From the NCBI RefSeq assembly GCF_009914755.1, contig NC_060926.1: DNA of 64,000 nt. One strand, 5' to 3'. Of the stretch, positions 45,080 through 62,870 are shown one piece after another (within the stretch, counting starts at the first letter, position 1; each line of letters starts with the position of its first letter). A program made the translations under genes and the position numbers. Under the pieces are notes generated by a model, which ran no database searches, was not told the origin of the DNA, and saw only the letters and a program-made list of their open reading frames with translations. Source of the stretch: the human T2T-CHM13v2.0 reference genome, Homo sapiens.

Positions 45080-45472
45080 TATTCATTAGAGTCTTCCAGA
45101 GAAAGAAAACCAATAGTGTGTAAGATATGAGAGAGATTTATTTTAGGGAATTGATTCATGCAATTATGAGCCTTCAAATTCTGCAGGATACGGAAGCAGG
45201 CTGCAAACCCAGGGAAAAAATCAATGTTGCAGTTCAGGTCCAAAGGCCTTCTTTTGGCAGAATGTCTTCTTCCCCTGATGAAATCAGTCTTCATACTGTT
45301 AAGGCCTTCTACTGATGGGTTGAGGCCCTTCCACATCATAGAGGGTGATCTGCTTTACTCAGTCTATCAATTTAAATGTTAATCTCATCCAAAACATACT
45401 CATGGAAACATTCAGAATAATGTTCTGGCCACTGTGGTCCAGCTGATTTGACACATAAAACCAACCATCACA
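45080..45472 (-). mobile_element. MLT2 (ERVL) LTR
   Basis: tccagagaaagaaaaccaatag..gagatttattttagggaattgattcatgc..ttgacacataaaaccaaccatcaca. Confidence 0.85.
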
Positions 45473-46409
45473 ACCCCAAATATAACAAGATCACTGTGTC
45501 AAGCTTCCCAAGAGACTACTGGAATAAATAACCTATTCTTCATTCTGTTGTTTCTGATAGAAACCTCTAGTGAAATTAAAGTTTGCTTGTTTGCAAGTGA
45601 CTGCTTCCAAAAGAAAATAAATACTTCTGTGAAATCAAAAGCAAATTATGATTCTATTGTTTTTGTTTTAGAGAATCTTCAAAATAAATAAAGATCTTCA
45701 AAATGATCCTATTTTTTCTGTTCCAGAGAAATATTGCTTATTCGCAGAATTGTTAATCAAGTAGACAAGAGAGGAAAATTTTAATACCACTCAAAGCATC
45801 ATAGAATTAAATCATTAAGCAATTTTGTATTGGGGATTTTAGAATTATGTATGGCTTTTCATCTTTTTATTTATCTTTTATACAAGATTTGAGCCTGCTT
45901 TTTAAAAGACACAATCAATAAAATATATAAATACTAAAAATATATTCTAGAACAGATACATAAATTTAAAACACCAATTTGAACAGAACATGATGAAAGT
46001 GAAATGTTGGCATGCAAGTCATAAAGAATCACAGAGCTTTTAAAGATATTTTGTTCTAAACTTCCTGGAAGCCAATGCTAGAAAGGTAATGTGAAAAGGT
46101 ATTTAGTTTCATTTTGGCTAAGGAGACAGACTCCATGACTCACTAGCTAAACAATTTGTTTGTTCCTAGATAAGAACATGGGTGCATAACACATAAACTC
46201 CAGGATAATGATAGGTACTAATGTAGGACCTAAGCATTCCTGACTCTTCCATTTAGTAACTATTTAAGGATCACCATTAACATTTACTTATTTGAAATGT
46301 TACTCCATTTCTTTGAAAATAGAATTTCTTTGTCCCTAGGATATGAATCAAGCCAGCATACAATACCTGATGTTCATGCCTCACAGAAATTCAAACAAAT
46401 AAGTCTACG

Positions 46410-49400
46410 AATACGTCTATCCAAGTTTATCCATGTTGTAGAATGTACTCGAATTTCATTCCTTTTTAAGGCTAAATAATATTCTATTGTATTTAAGATA
46501 CTACTTTGCTTATCTATTTAACTGTTGATAGATATTTAGGTTGTTTCTACCTGTGGGCTATTGTGAATAATGCTGATGTAAACATTGGCGTACAAGTATC
46601 TGAGTATTTGTTTTCAGTCTTTGGGTATACACTGAGAAATGAAATTGCTGGATCATATGATAATCTTTTGTTAAAATCTTTGAGGAATCACCAAGCTGTT
46701 TTTCATAGCAGTTGCACAAGTTTAAATTCCCACAATAAAGAAAACAAGAAGGTCAGTTTTTCCACAATTTTCGCTAACGCTTTTTCTTTAAATAGTAGTT
46801 ATCCTAATGTTTTTAAAATGGTACCTCAGTTTGGTTTTGATTTGCATTTTTTTAATGATTCAAGTTATCGGACATCTTTTCATGTGCTTATTAGCCATAT
46901 ATGTTTTACTTGGAGAAATATCTATTCAAGCCCATTGCTCATTTTTGATTTGCTTGTTCTGTTTGTTGTTGTGTTGTAGAGACCCTTTATATATTTTGTA
47001 TATTATCCCTTACTAAATCTATAATGTGAAAATATTTTCTCATTTTGTGAATTTTTTTAACTCTTCTGATAGTGTCTTTTGGCAAAAAAATAATAATTTT
47101 AATGAAGTCTAGTTTATCTACTTTTCTTTTTGTTGCCTGTGAGTTTGGTGTTTACCCAAGAAATCATCAGTTATTCCAATGACATCTAGCTTTTACCAAG
47201 TTTTCTTCTAAGAATTTTGTCATTTTAGTTGTTACTTTCATGTCTTTGATTTTATGTGTTAATTTTTTATATGGTATAAAATGAGTTAACCTTCATTCTT
47301 TTTTATACGGATATCTAGTTTTCCTTGCTCTATCTCTTAGAATGACTATCCTTTCTTCATTCAATAGTCTTCGAACCATTGTTCAAAATCTTTTGACCAT
47401 TTACACAAACGTTTATTTTGTGGTTTTCTTTTCTATTTAATTGGCCAAAATGTCTACTGTTATGACAGTACCATATTGTTTTGATTGCTATAGCTTTTAA
47501 ATAGGTTTTAAAGTTGAGAAGCATGGGTCCTCCATCTTGATCCTTCCTTTTGAAAATTGTTTTTTCTGTAAGGGTTTGCTTGAGATTCCAAATACATTCT
47601 AGGATTCTTTTTCTATTTCTGCTAAAGCACCATTGTGGTTTTGATAGAGATTGTATTGAACTGTAGAAAGCTTTGGATGATATTGTTATATTATCAATAT
47701 AAAGTCTTCCAATCCATAAATATGAAATTTGTCTCCATTTATTTATGTCTTCTGAGAATTCTTTCAGTAAAGTTTTATAGTTTTCAGTGTGCAATTCTTT
47801 TGCCACTTTTCTTATGCTTATCATTCTTTTTCTTTTTGATTTTATTGTAAGTACATTTTTTTCTTTATTTTCTTTTTGATAGCTTCTTGTTAGTGTATAG
47901 AAACACAACTGATTTTTGTGTATTGATTCTGTATCTCATAACTTTGGAGAATTTATTTATTCTAATAAATGCGTGTGTACATATTTTTTAGAGTTTTTTA
48001 CATATAAGATTATGTCATCTGTGAACAGGAATATTTTTACATCTTCTTTTCCAATATGGATATATTTTATCTCTTTTTCTTGCCTTACTGCTATTTCTAA
48101 GACTTTTCAGTGCTATGCTGAGTAGAAGTGGGAAATGCGTGCACCCTTGTCTTGCTCCTGATCATAATGGGGGAGATCTTTCATCTCTCAGCATTTACTA
48201 TGAAATTAGCTGTGGGTTTTTCATGTATTGACTTTATCATAGTGAGGAGTTAACTTGCTTTTAGTGTATTTGGTATTTTTATCATGAAAAGGTGTTGAAT
48301 TTTTCAGAATACATTTTTTGCCTCTATAGAGATAATCATTTTCCCTTTGTTCTAATAATGTGGTTTATTATATCAATTAATTTTCATATCTTAAAACTTT
48401 CTTACAATCCGAGAATAAATTCCACTTGCTCATGGTATACAATCCTTTTAGTATGTTGTCAAATTTGCCAGTATTTTCTTGAAGATTTTTGTACCAGTAC
48501 TCACAGAGGATAGTGATCTATAGTTTTTTCTACTTTTAGCAATTCTTTCTGATTTTGGTATAGGGTAATGTTGGTCTCAGCAAATATGTTAGGAGGAATT
48601 TCCTCTTCTTCAATTTTTTGAGTGCTTAAGAAGCATTGTCGTTAGTTCTTTTATGTGTTTGGTAACATTTACCATTGAAGCATCTGGTGGATGGCTTTCT
48701 TTTTTGGGAAATTTTCAATAATTGTTTCAATCTACTTACTAATTAAAGGTCTATTCAGGTTTTCTGCTAATCATAATTCAGTCTTGGGAGAGAGTGTGTT
48801 TCTAGAAAGCTGTTCATTTCATCTAGGTTATCCAAATTGTTGGCATACAGTTGTTCATAGTATTAATTTATTTATGTAAAGTCTGAAGTAATATCGCAAA
48901 TTTTATGTATGATTTATTAATTTGAATCTCCCTCTTTTACTCTAAACAATCTAACTAATGATTTGTCAATTTCCTTGATCTTTTCCAGTAAAAAATTTTG
49001 CCTTTATCCGATTAAATCTATTGTCTTTCTAGTTTATTTATCTCAGTATGAATATTTATTATTTCCTTCCTTATGCTAGTTTAGTTTTAATTTGTTCTTT
49101 ATCTAGTTCTTTAAGGTGCAGTTAGATTCTTGATTTGACCTTTTTTTAAATGTACATTTTTACAGCTATATCTTTTCCTCTTACCACTGCTTTCACTGCA
49201 TTCCATAAGTTTTGGTATGTCATGTTTTTATTTTTATTTTCCCAACAGTACTTCCTAATTGTACTTGTGATTTCTTTTTTGACTCAGTGGTTGTTTGTGT
49301 TGTTTAATTTCCATTTATTTGTGTATTTTTCAGTTTTCTTTCTATTATTTATTTTTAGTTCCATCCCATTGTGATTGAAAAAATACTTCACATGTTTTTA

Positions 49401-52400
49401 GTATTTATAAATTTATTAAGACTTGTCCTGTGGCTTAAAACATAGTCTATTCTGAGGAATGTTTTATATTTACTTGAGAAAAATATGTATTCTGCTGGTA
49501 CTGGGTCAAGTTTTCTATATATCTGTTAGGCCCAGTTACTTTAAAGTGTTGTCTAAGTCTTCTATTGTAAATCTTTCTAGATGTTCTATTCATTATTGAA
49601 ATTGAAGATTTGAAGTTTCCAGCTATTATTATGTCTATTTCTCCTTTCAATTATAGTAATATTTGTTTCATATACTTTGGGACTCTTATATGTGGTAAGT
49701 ATATGTTTATAATTGTTATGTCTTCCTGGTTAATTGACTCTCCTATTAATATATAATGTGCTTTTTAAAACTGTTTTGTAACAGTCTTTAGTTAAAGTCC
49801 ATTTTGTCTGAAATTATTATTAGTACAGCTGTCCCTGATTTGCATGAAATAAGTTTTGATTACTATTTGCATGAAATATGTTTTCTCATATTTTCACTTT
49901 CAATCTATTTGTCTAATACTAAAGCGAGACACTCATAGAAGGTAGTATACAGCTGGACTTTGTGTTTTTATTAATACTGCACACCTCTGTCTTATAACTG
50001 AAGAGTTTAATCCATTTCCAGTTAATGTAATTACCAATAAAGAAGAATTTAGTTCTGCCATTTGTTGTTTGTTTTCTGTATGTTCTTTAGTTTTCTTTGC
50101 TCCTCATTTCCTTCATTATATCTGTTTTTGTATTTAGTTGAGATTTTAGAGTGACACATTTTGTTTACCTTTTTGTTTTATATACTCTATAGAATTTTTC
50201 TGATTAACATAGAGATTAAATAAAATAAGAAGTTATAAGAATGTATTTTTAATCAATCACAACTTAACTCCAATTATATACAAAAATTCTACTCCTATAT
50301 GTTTATATCTCTCTTTATATCATTTATGTCAAAAATTATATCTTTATACATTTATGCCCAATAGCATAGATTTATAATTGTTTTTGTATGTTTATTTGTT
50401 AAATTACATAGAAAGTTTTAAGTTGAATTAAAAAGAAAAATTATAATGATACTTGGTTTAATATTTGCCATGTATTTACATTTACCAAATAAATTTGTGT
50501 ATGAATTCAAATTACTGTCTGGCATTCGCGCATTTCAACTTAGAGGAATTCCTTTAGTCTTTCCTGTAGGTTAAATCTAGTGGTGGCAAACTCTCTCAGC
50601 TTTTGTTTTCTAGAGATGTCTTAATGTTTTCCTCATTTTTGAAGGACATCTTTGCCAGATACAAATTTTTTATTTTCTCTAGCACTTTAAATATATAATT
50701 GCACTGCCTTCTGGCTTCTAAGGTTGTTGAGAAATTTGCTGGTAATCTAATGATTCCTCTTATGAGTGAGTTGCTCCTCTCTTGTTACTTTCAGGATTCT
50801 CTTTGCCTTTGGCTTTTTATAATGGGTTGATTAAATACATCCCAGTGTTGACTCTCTATCTTCCTTGAAGTTTGATGAGCTTCTCAGATTTGCAGATTCA
50901 AGTCTTTCTTCAAATTTCAGAAGTTTTAGCTATTATTTCCTAAAATAGTCTTTCAACACCTCCTTCTCTTTTCCAGATTTCTTAAGTGTGTAGCTAGTCT
51001 GCTATATGGCATCCCACAAGTCTTGTAGGCTCTGTTCTTGTTTCTTCAGTCATTTCTCTTTTTTTTAAACTCATACTCATTATTTAATTTTTTCTTTCTT
51101 CAGGTTCACTATTTTTTTCTTCTGCCTGTTTAAATTTTTCATTAAACCCTGTAGTGCATATTTCACTTCAATTGTTATATTTTTCTGGTGCAGATTTTCC
51201 TTATGATTTCTTTTCCTAATTTCTACCTCTTTGTTGTATTCTCATTTTGTTCATATATTATTTTTCTGATTTTCTTAGTTCTTTGCACATATTTTTCCCA
51301 TAACTCTTTTATAATATTTAAGACAAATAACTTAAAATATTTGTCTATTGACTTTAATATCTGGGCATTGTTAAGAGTGGTTTGTATTTACTTATTTTGT
51401 TCCATTGTATTAGCTATGCTTTTCTCTTTGCACGACTTACAAACTCTCTTGAAACTTGAGCATTTACGTGTTACAATGTAGTAATTCTGGAAATCATATT
51501 CTCCTCTTTTGCAAAGGTTTTATGTATGTATGCATGCATGCATGTCTGTATGTATATTTTTTTTTTATGAAAGACTGTAGTATTTCTTTTGTTTTGAGAC
51601 TTTTCCAAACTTCCTTTTGCAAAGACTATGACTTGTTGAATGTGATACCTGAAGCCTCTCTTCTCGTAGCTCATGTTCAGCTAATGTTCGGTCAGAGGTT
51701 TTCAGGAATCCTAGAAGTTAAAACAAAACAAATAATAAACCTAGAAAAATAAAGAACAGCAATCATTCTCATTCTGTGCTGGGGCACTCCAACAACACTT
51801 AGATAGGTTTCATCTGGGCCTAGGATTCAACAAAAGGTGAAAGTTTAAGTTCTCAGTAGTTTATGTGGCTGCTTTTTAATGTCTAAATTTTCAAAAGAGT
51901 TTCATTCTAGTTTCTCCTCTAGGTCTAAGATGTCCTATGGCATGCATCTCCACCTGGAATCATTTGTCCCCAGCATCTGTATCACCTTGCAGCTTTTGTG
52001 AACAGTGTCTGCTGTTTTTCCTCGTTGAGTTAGGCAAACAGAGATCATCATTTTGCTTCAGTACTTTAGATATCCTCCAGCCTGATTAGAACACATTTAC
52101 ACAATCATTTGCAAATAAGACCTGTTCTGTTTCCTCTGATTCAAGGGGGAAATAGTAGCCAGCTGCTACTGCTCATGACTAAAATTATTGCCACACTGAG
52201 CAGGATGTAGAGCAAGGGTGAGTAAAAATACCACAACACTCTATGACTGTTTTGTAAACAGCTTTGTCTTGATTGAAAATTTACTTGGATGATATAAACC
52301 TTTGGCTATTTTCCAGACCTCTTACAAAGTTGGTTCAGTTAGTTTCTGGTAGTTTATTCAGGGGAGGAAGGGTGGCTTAGTGCTCCCAAGTCTTGGGGAG

Positions 52401-52440
52401 CTTCGTGCTTCTAGTCTGCCATTTTGCTGATATCACTTCC
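46410..52440 (-). mobile_element. Near-full-length old L1M (about 6 kb), antisense
   Basis: 3' UTR at the left. ORF 47357-47908(-) gives decayed ORF2 (ENYKTLLKE..DINKW..YLKAIAIKTIWY). EN (IIIAGNF) near 49620, then ORF1 and 5' region ending agtctgccattttgctg. Confidence 0.85.
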
Positions 52441-55403
52441 CTTATATCTACTTTTAGAACATTTTTCTAAAAGGCTTGTTTGGATTAGTGGGTGGTAACA
52501 TGTCAAAATTATTGTTTTTTAATTGCCAGTAACACTCCACATGTTCCATAACTTTACCAAGGAGATATATTTTTTATTTTGTAAGCATTTTGTTTCTTCA
52601 ACGTGCCACTTTAGATATTGAAGGTTTTGAATTTGGATAAGTTTTATAGGGTAAATGTATTAGCTATTCTTATTATATTTTCTTAGATATTTAGAAAACA
52701 TTTCTAAGTGAGGGAACTAATATTGTCTGAAATTTATAATATAAAAAATAAAAAATAATCAATGGCTGATTATAATGTAGGATATATTTGTTATCCTGAG
52801 ATTCTAATAATTTCAGGAAATACTTCCAGACTACCTTATATAAATTTTCAAGTTTTCTTTTTTCCATCCTAGAGAATGTTAAACTTTGGTTTTGTCTCCC
52901 TGTTCTAATTTCCCCCATTCTTCTACTGAAAAATGTAAAATGTATTTCTAAAAAGTGTTAGTGCATTTGCATGTTTATTGTTTTCTCCTCTCCATTCATT
53001 ACAAATGCATGGATTATTTTTAGGCAAGCAGCATAGGCTATTGCCGAGGTTGATAAATCATATTGCTCAGTAGCACTGGGCAAGATTTGCTGCCTAGCTT
53101 ACTGACCTCCCAATTGTATCACTTTTTCTGATATCCTGAGTTAGGAGATTTTAAATCTTGCAATCCCAACCTTTTCACTCATTAAGATGTTGCTCATTCA
53201 ATTTTATATTAACTTTCCACAGTGTTTATATTCCCTGCCAGTTGTATAAACAAAGAGGATGTTTTGGAGACCTTGAGGAGTTTGACATTATTAACAATTT
53301 AAAAAATTTCCTGGATCAGACAAATTTGGAAAAAAGGAAGAACAAAGAAATGAATGCTTTTAACATGTTAGCGGTAGTCAGAGCCACAGCCTGTACAAAC
53401 CAAGGGTTTCAGGGATGGAGACATAGAGTATACGTCTGATCAGAAACAAATATTCTCACGGTATGATTCTTATAATTATCTAAATAACATACGTGTTTGA
53501 TGATTTATTCTTATTTGTTTCATGTGTCTCTTACTGGCTTTCCCTCTCCTTCAGCAGCTTGTCTTTTTCTACCACCAACATCAAATCCTAAAAACCTAGA
53601 CTTTGAACAAATCCAACAAAAGAGTCTCATGTCACTTACTGAAGACATGACAAAATACTAGACTCCTAATACATGTTTCACAAATATTAATTTTGAATTT
53701 AAGTAAAGATAGGTAGGAACTAATGGGAAACTGAAAATTATAATAGACTTTTCTTCAATAATGTTATATTAATAGTTAACATCCACATTTTCAAAAAATT
53801 TGTATTTCATAACAGATTTTGATGTGCATTACATAATTTTCATCCCCATAACAGCTCTGTGTAGTAGATGCTGCTAATGTTTTTAATTATAATTATTATG
53901 CATGGCTAAGGTTAGTGAATTCCTGTGTTGGACCAGTGTTTAGCAGGTCATAAGTTTCAGAGCCAGTCCTCAAACCATATCTTCTAACTCTAAGTCGATA
54001 TTTTTAAAGAAAAAAGCAGCATAGGTACCTGATAGATGATATTAGATAGACAATCTGAGATGGAAATCTTGCTCACAGAATACTGGCAGTAACTGTATCT
54101 GCAGTAATTAATAACTTCTATAAGAAATGCCATTCTATGCCCCTGTTATCATTTACTGGGTTTTGAGTATAAAAGATTTTGACCATAAGAAAATAATAAA
54201 TACATAAATATTAAAGGACAGTGGTATGAATAAGATAAAGAAATAAACTTTAATATTTTAATCAAAATTTAGAAATTTTATAATTAAGATGGCCATCATT
54301 TGTGATGGAATATGAAAATGAGCTTTTTAATGAGATAAATGGCAAGATAGATAACAATATGGTATCCAATTTAAAGTGGCAGTAGATTTTGTAAGCTTCT
54401 TTGGAAAGTGAAAAACTTATTGTAACAACTTTTTTTTTTCTGTAAATGACAAAGCTACAGAAACATAAAAGAAAGGCAGTATGTAAGTAAAACAAAGTAA
54501 AATATTTAGTAGACATAGTCCATTGCCCTCCATGAAATATTTATATGCAGAACAAGCTTTCCTAGTTGACTCTTAAAGGCTTATTTGTAGAGTATACTAT
54601 TTTTAATGCTCTTATTTCATCTATTACAATTTGGAACTTGCTATACAGGTCAAAATGGCAACATTGTGTGCTTGAGTTTTTCTCTTTATTACCACCTCAA
54701 AAGATAATAAACTATGGAGTTTATGATTATTATATCTATCAGTCCTTTACTTAAAAATTTTCCTTGTGGAAAGAAAAAGAATAATCACAGTTATATTTTT
54801 GCAAAAATGTGTACATATTTATTTTAAAGCTTATGAAACAATGCTGGCAATATGCATACATGAGACAGCTCTGATCTCTTAAGATGCAATTCTTCCTTGT
54901 CTGTTTACTGTTTAAATAGATTTGTTAGTTTCATTTGCAATTTCTAAAACTTGCAGACCCTTCACAGCTATATCTGACACTTCCACATTTAGAGTCTGTA
55001 ACATGTTAATAATATTTATTCATTCTGGATTAAATAAAAACATGGTAAAATATGATAAATCTTGTTAAAACTTTCTCTATCCATCCCCATGAGGGCACAT
55101 AACCTCATTTGATGCACTTAATAGTTTATCATTAATATTCTACCTACCCTGAAATAACAACTAGCAGTTATCAAAAAATGATTATTATAAATTGTTAACA
55201 AATATTTTATATGTATACTTTATCCTTTTCCACAAATTTTGTAACAAATTCGTCTCCACAAAACAACTCTATAGGAAATAGAAAAAGTATCTCAATTTCC
55301 ATTTGATACATACAGAAACTGAAGCTAAGAAAAGGAGCCAGGCTTGTGGTAAATCTAATAAAATACATCCTGATATATAATTCAATGTATGGCAATTAGC
55401 TTA

Positions 55404-56480
<1,077 letters not shown>

Positions 56481-57311
56481 AATAAAAGCTACATATAGAA
56501 GGTATAGGTCAAAGTAAATTTAAGTGATTTTCCAGTACTATTTGACAGAGTAAATAGCATATATAAGACAAAGAAAAACATTAACGATTTTTGGTTAAAT
56601 TTGAGATTTAAAAAATGGTAAATGAAGATAATACAATGAAACATCCAGAGTATGGTTTTTAAGCACAGCCATGTTCCCTATCTTATGTGACCCCAAGTGT
56701 ATGTTTTCTGTTTAGATGGCTGTCAAAATAGGTGTTATATCCTCAAAATAGTCTACATTTAAAGGGACTGTCTCTTTACTTTTTTATCAGAATTGACCAG
56801 TTTTCAGGGAATTTTATATTGTCATTGATTGGTAGGGTAAAAACTAAAACTAATTTTCTCAAAGATGGTTCAAAATAAGACTGTGGACTGGTGAAAGAAG
56901 AATTAAGTTCTGTTCTTATTTCTAGGATTCTGAAATTCACAGCAGTTGCCCATAAATATTGAAGGCAGATTCTTGAATTCCTCAGGGGTTTCAATTCACA
57001 CTTTTATATTGCTTCTGATTAACATGCTAATGAAGAGTGAACTAATTCAATAGTAATATGTTAACATTCAGAAAGCAAGCTAATAATATTCTGTAGATAA
57101 ATTCAGATTTCATTTAAGCTGTTTCTTTTCTATCAGATTATTTTGGATCACCAAATTCAGATAGAAGTTGTTTTATTTATGGCTTTTAAATTATAGTTTT
57201 TAAACAGAAATAATTAGAGTAAAGAAGATCTGCATAATAGTATTGGGAACTCAGTAACATAGATAATTGAATGAATAGTTTTTCTAATAAATGATAGAAA
57301 AAAAGACCTGT

Positions 57312-57503
57312 GGTTGGGTGTGGTGGCTCACACCTGGGCGGGCAGATTGCTTGAGCCCAGGAGTTCAAGACTAGCCTGGGCAACATAGCAAGGCCCCGTT
57401 TCTACAAAAACAAACAAACAACAACAACAACAACAAAAATATATATATATCATTTATATATATATATTTATATCATTATATATCATTTATATATATATAT
57501 TTT

Positions 57504-57554
<51 letters not shown>

Positions 57555-57724
57555 ATCAGCTGGATGTGGTGGTGCACACCTGTAGTCCCAGCTGCTCAGG
57601 AGGGTGAGGTGAAACAATCACTTGAGCCCGGGAGGCAGAGTTTGCAGTGAGCCATGATTGTGACACTGCACTGTAGCCTGGGTGACAGAGTGAGACCCTG
57701 TCTCAACAACAACAGCAACAACAA
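57312..57724 (+). mobile_element. AluJ with a left-arm deletion and a microsatellite-expanded middle linker
   Basis: Left arm to about 57405, (CAA)n and (TA)n at 57406-57551, right arm at about 57557-57705, (CAA)n tail. Confidence 0.9.
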
Positions 57725-57769
57725 ATGAAGAAAAATTCTCCCTCAACATCCCCCCTCAAATCTCTTTGG

Positions 57770-59225
<1,456 letters not shown>

Positions 59226-59559
59226 AAAAACAACTTCAGATGCATGCAGAAAGTGTACACTACCAGGGCCATGTAAATAATAGCATTTATTGCTAGTTCA
59301 TATTATGTTGAATCACAAAAACAAATGTCTCATCTTTAACATGAATTATACACTGACTTAAAGTAGTGCACCTTCACACAATGTCGGATTGCTGCTGATA
59401 AGGAAATGGTAGTGATAACATTTTAGTCTTCCTTTCTGGTAGTTGTAGTTTGTGCTTATAAGGCTCTGAGTTTATCTTACTGTGATTCTTGAAATAGGAG
59501 ATGGCTAGGAAAGATATAAAAATATTGACAACTCTTCAAGGACTCCAGTTCTGCCTTTC

Positions 59560-59890
59560 TGAAGCACAAGATAAGATTGCACTTCCACATTCTTTCCAAG
59601 TTTTGCCCATGTAATGTCAGCAGAAGGACAACAGTATTTCAACACTAATTGTTGACAAGGATCACCATTTCCCTCTCTTTTTTCCATGGAGACAGGCAAT
59701 GTTCCAGAGAGGGACTGCCCCAGGATCCTGGGTTGTAGAATAAAGACAGCATAGAACAGAGAACCCTGGTTATTTTCAGAGGGTGTGGTACATGAATACG
59801 AAATCACCCTCTGTTGTTTCAAAAAACTAAAATGCCCTGGCTGTTTGTTTCTGCAGCATAACCCAGCTTCCTTAACATGACAATCACAAG
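59560..59890 (+). mobile_element. MaLR LTR (MLT1K/L-like)
   Basis: ggcaatgttccagag..gttgtttcaa..ctaaaat..tgtttgtttctgcagcataacccagc. Confidence 0.6.
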
Positions 59891-60864
59891 GTTTTCTAAG
59901 TATATGTGTCCTATGGTCACAGATCATATATTTCTTAAAATTAAATAGATATTTTATCTATATTTTGCATGTAACATACTGTATTATTATAGATTATAGT
60001 AGTTTGGCAGTTACTAAAATCCATAATCCTTAGTTGGGATCTACAACCATTTCTGTCTGAATTCAAAGCTTCTACTCATCCCACAAAATTCTGCTTTCTG
60101 AACTTGTAAGCACTTGTGAAAAATATTGGAATACTCAGAATTGGAAATTTAAATAGTACTAAGTTTGGTTTTACCTTCTGTTACCTCCTAAAATAACACT
60201 TCTGTACAAAATTTATAATTAATTTGAATCCACAGATTTACAAAATTGAATTTTACAATCAATAGTATAGTCACGACCCTCTATCCAGAAAACAAAAAAA
60301 ACAAGAAAATGAAATAAAAATTATTTGTTGTCTCTTTCTTGGAGAGAAAAATATATTTACATTTATTAGAAAAAAGTCTTATTTTAGTTGTCCCTTATAA
60401 AAATATAGATTTATTTATAAAATCTGTATACATTGAACAAGTAATATAATAATCATAGTCTACTATCACCTACCATTTCAGAGACTTGACGTTATGAAAG
60501 TCTGTGCAGCTCTGGCTCCCTGCATCAAAGGATATATATTTGAAAACCACTTCTACACAGAAACTGTTGGACAGGACTTAGCAAAGTAAATTTTACAAAA
60601 TCGCATATTGGACTTCTGAATGCAAGCCTTCTTTTTTTTTTTTTTTTTTGGCACCTCACTTTTTGTGTTTGTAAAGCTCTTCTGTAGCTCCCTTATTTCC
60701 GTTTATTTGCTAACACCTTACTTCCCTAACTGGTGAGGGGACAAGCAACATCACTGACACAGTCGTCAGTGTATCCTGCAAAGAACATAGATCAGTAACT
60801 GGCATCACATACATAATAAAGATAAGCTTTGGTATAATGCATTTTCATTTTTGAATGGCAACTG

Positions 60865-61170
60865 ATATATTGTGGAAAGAATATAGACTTAGTAATCAGG
60901 AAGAACTGGGTTTGAAAACCGGCCCTGCCACATATTGATGTGTCACTGTAGGGAGAGTTGTGTAAGCCTGTTTCTTAATCTGTAAAATGGGGATACTAGC
61001 ATTTGGTATAATAGGCTGTTTTGAGGATTAAAACAAATGATGTTTTAAAGTGGCCAGCACATCTGCCATTCAGTAATTGGGATTTTACATTTTACAAATG
61101 AAAGAACAAAGCTCAGAGAAGTAAAGGTCATGCAACTTGTTATTGCAAAGTCAGGAGACTTAATTTCTAA
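60865..61170. mobile_element. MIR fragments (two, opposite orientations)
   Basis: tttcttaatctgtaaaatggggata..gaggattaaa and cattttacaaatgaaagaacaaagctcagagaagtaaa. Confidence 0.65.
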
Positions 61171-62319
61171 TCTTCTTTACAAGATTATGTCTTGTTGTTC
61201 AATTCATATAACCCTGCAGCCTTTCCTCAAGGGAAAGTCAATCTCTTTTGCCCTGCAAATTCAAGTTTATGCATAGTCTGACCTACAGAACCCTTATTTT
61301 AAGACGTCAGTTAGATAACACATTATGTTACATGATTTAATTAATATCTTAGGTCCAAGAATTTGTAGTTTGAATTATGCTTCATTGTCATAACGCGATC
61401 ATATGATCCAAATATGGCCCATATGGTTTAAGACATGGAGCTTTTAAGAGTGAAAGATGATGAAACAAATACTAAACCAGTTAAAATACCTGGACAAGAG
61501 CAAAACTGAACTGTCCCAAGGAAGCTAGGACATATAATTATCCTATTTACAGGATAATTATAATAAAATCGAAGTGACAGCCTTAGAAATAGGTGAATTA
61601 CCTCAACTTTAAGTAAGTCCAATTATATCTAATTTGAGTGGAAAATGAGAAAAAGAGACATTAATGAGTTATTAACCAGTAGTTAAGATCATTATTATGG
61701 TATTTGTGAAACTTCCCAGCTAAAGTATCTGAAAATACTGCCAACTATCGCAATACAAGAACAATGTTTGTGTCAACTGCTCAGAAACAAATAGGCAAGC
61801 TCTTTACTCACATTGTACAAATGAAGCCTGCAATGTATTTTAAACATACAGAGATGTATTTTCTGACATCAGCATCTGAGAAGAGTGCATGTGTGAGTTG
61901 GGGAGACCTCCTTGTTTTTAACAGATTAGCAAAACTTCATCTTAGTCCCCGATTTCCTTCAAGTTTCCAAAGCTTACAATGGGTTTATAAAATGACTGCA
62001 TTTCTCATTATTTCTTTATAGTTAAAAGAAAAGCACACCTATGCTTGTTAATGTTTGGTCTTTACAAGGCATATGTGCTTCTGTGCTCAATAGCATGCCC
62101 AGATTTGCATTGAGGATGAGTTTTCTGGACCTTTTCTAGTAACGTATGTAGTTATTATTGACTTTGTGATGGTCAGAAAAACAAAAACAAAAATACTTTA
62201 ATCTAAAATAATTATCATCTCAAAATTATATTAACAAGTTTAATTAATGAACAGAGGCATAGCCACCATTGTGCATTACATATAATTTTATGGATAATAA
62301 ATGGATAGAGTATTTCTCT

Positions 62320-62870
62320 GCGTCACCTCCATGATGAGGACTATCTGAAATCTGCCTTATTCACTGTTGCCAAGACCTGAATCTTAAGAAACATTCATAT
62401 ATTTGTTGAATGTGAAAACAATGAACAAATGAAAGTTTGGAATGGTTTTAGTGGCAAATTATTTCCCTTTCTTGCAGATAGAACTTGGACAGGCAGCTGC
62501 TTAAGGGTCAGGCGTTACATGTGGTTCACTTTTCTGACAATCTACTAAACAAGTTTTTCTTCTCTTCTTATCAATGCATCCTGTGCCAGTACAAACCTAT
62601 TTCTTGGGTCCTTGGGCATAATGTACTACAGTTGACACTCATCAGTTAAGCAAAAATATTAATATTATATACTGGGTAGAATGCTCAAATATTAGTGTTA
62701 TGCATACGTTAAATATTATAAACTCAGTATTATAATCTCCATTTCACACATGATCATACTGCGACTCAGAAATATTAAGTGACCTGCTAAGGTCATGTGT
62801 AAAGTTATAATATGCAGAAATTGTGTTTATCTCATTCAAAGTTTATGCTCTTTTCACAAGGTCACTTTGT
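62320..62870. mobile_element. L2 3' end (about 62320-62430) and MIR (about 62730-62870) fragments
   Basis: ctccatgatgaggac..ttattcactgt..atatttgttgaatg; ctccatttcacacatga..actcagaaatattaagtgacctgctaaggtca. Confidence 0.5.

Noticed and set aside
62455-62530. Polypyrimidine-CAG acceptor-like site as a host exon
   Set aside because: No convincing donor site or recognisable coding sequence; unsupported without transcript data.
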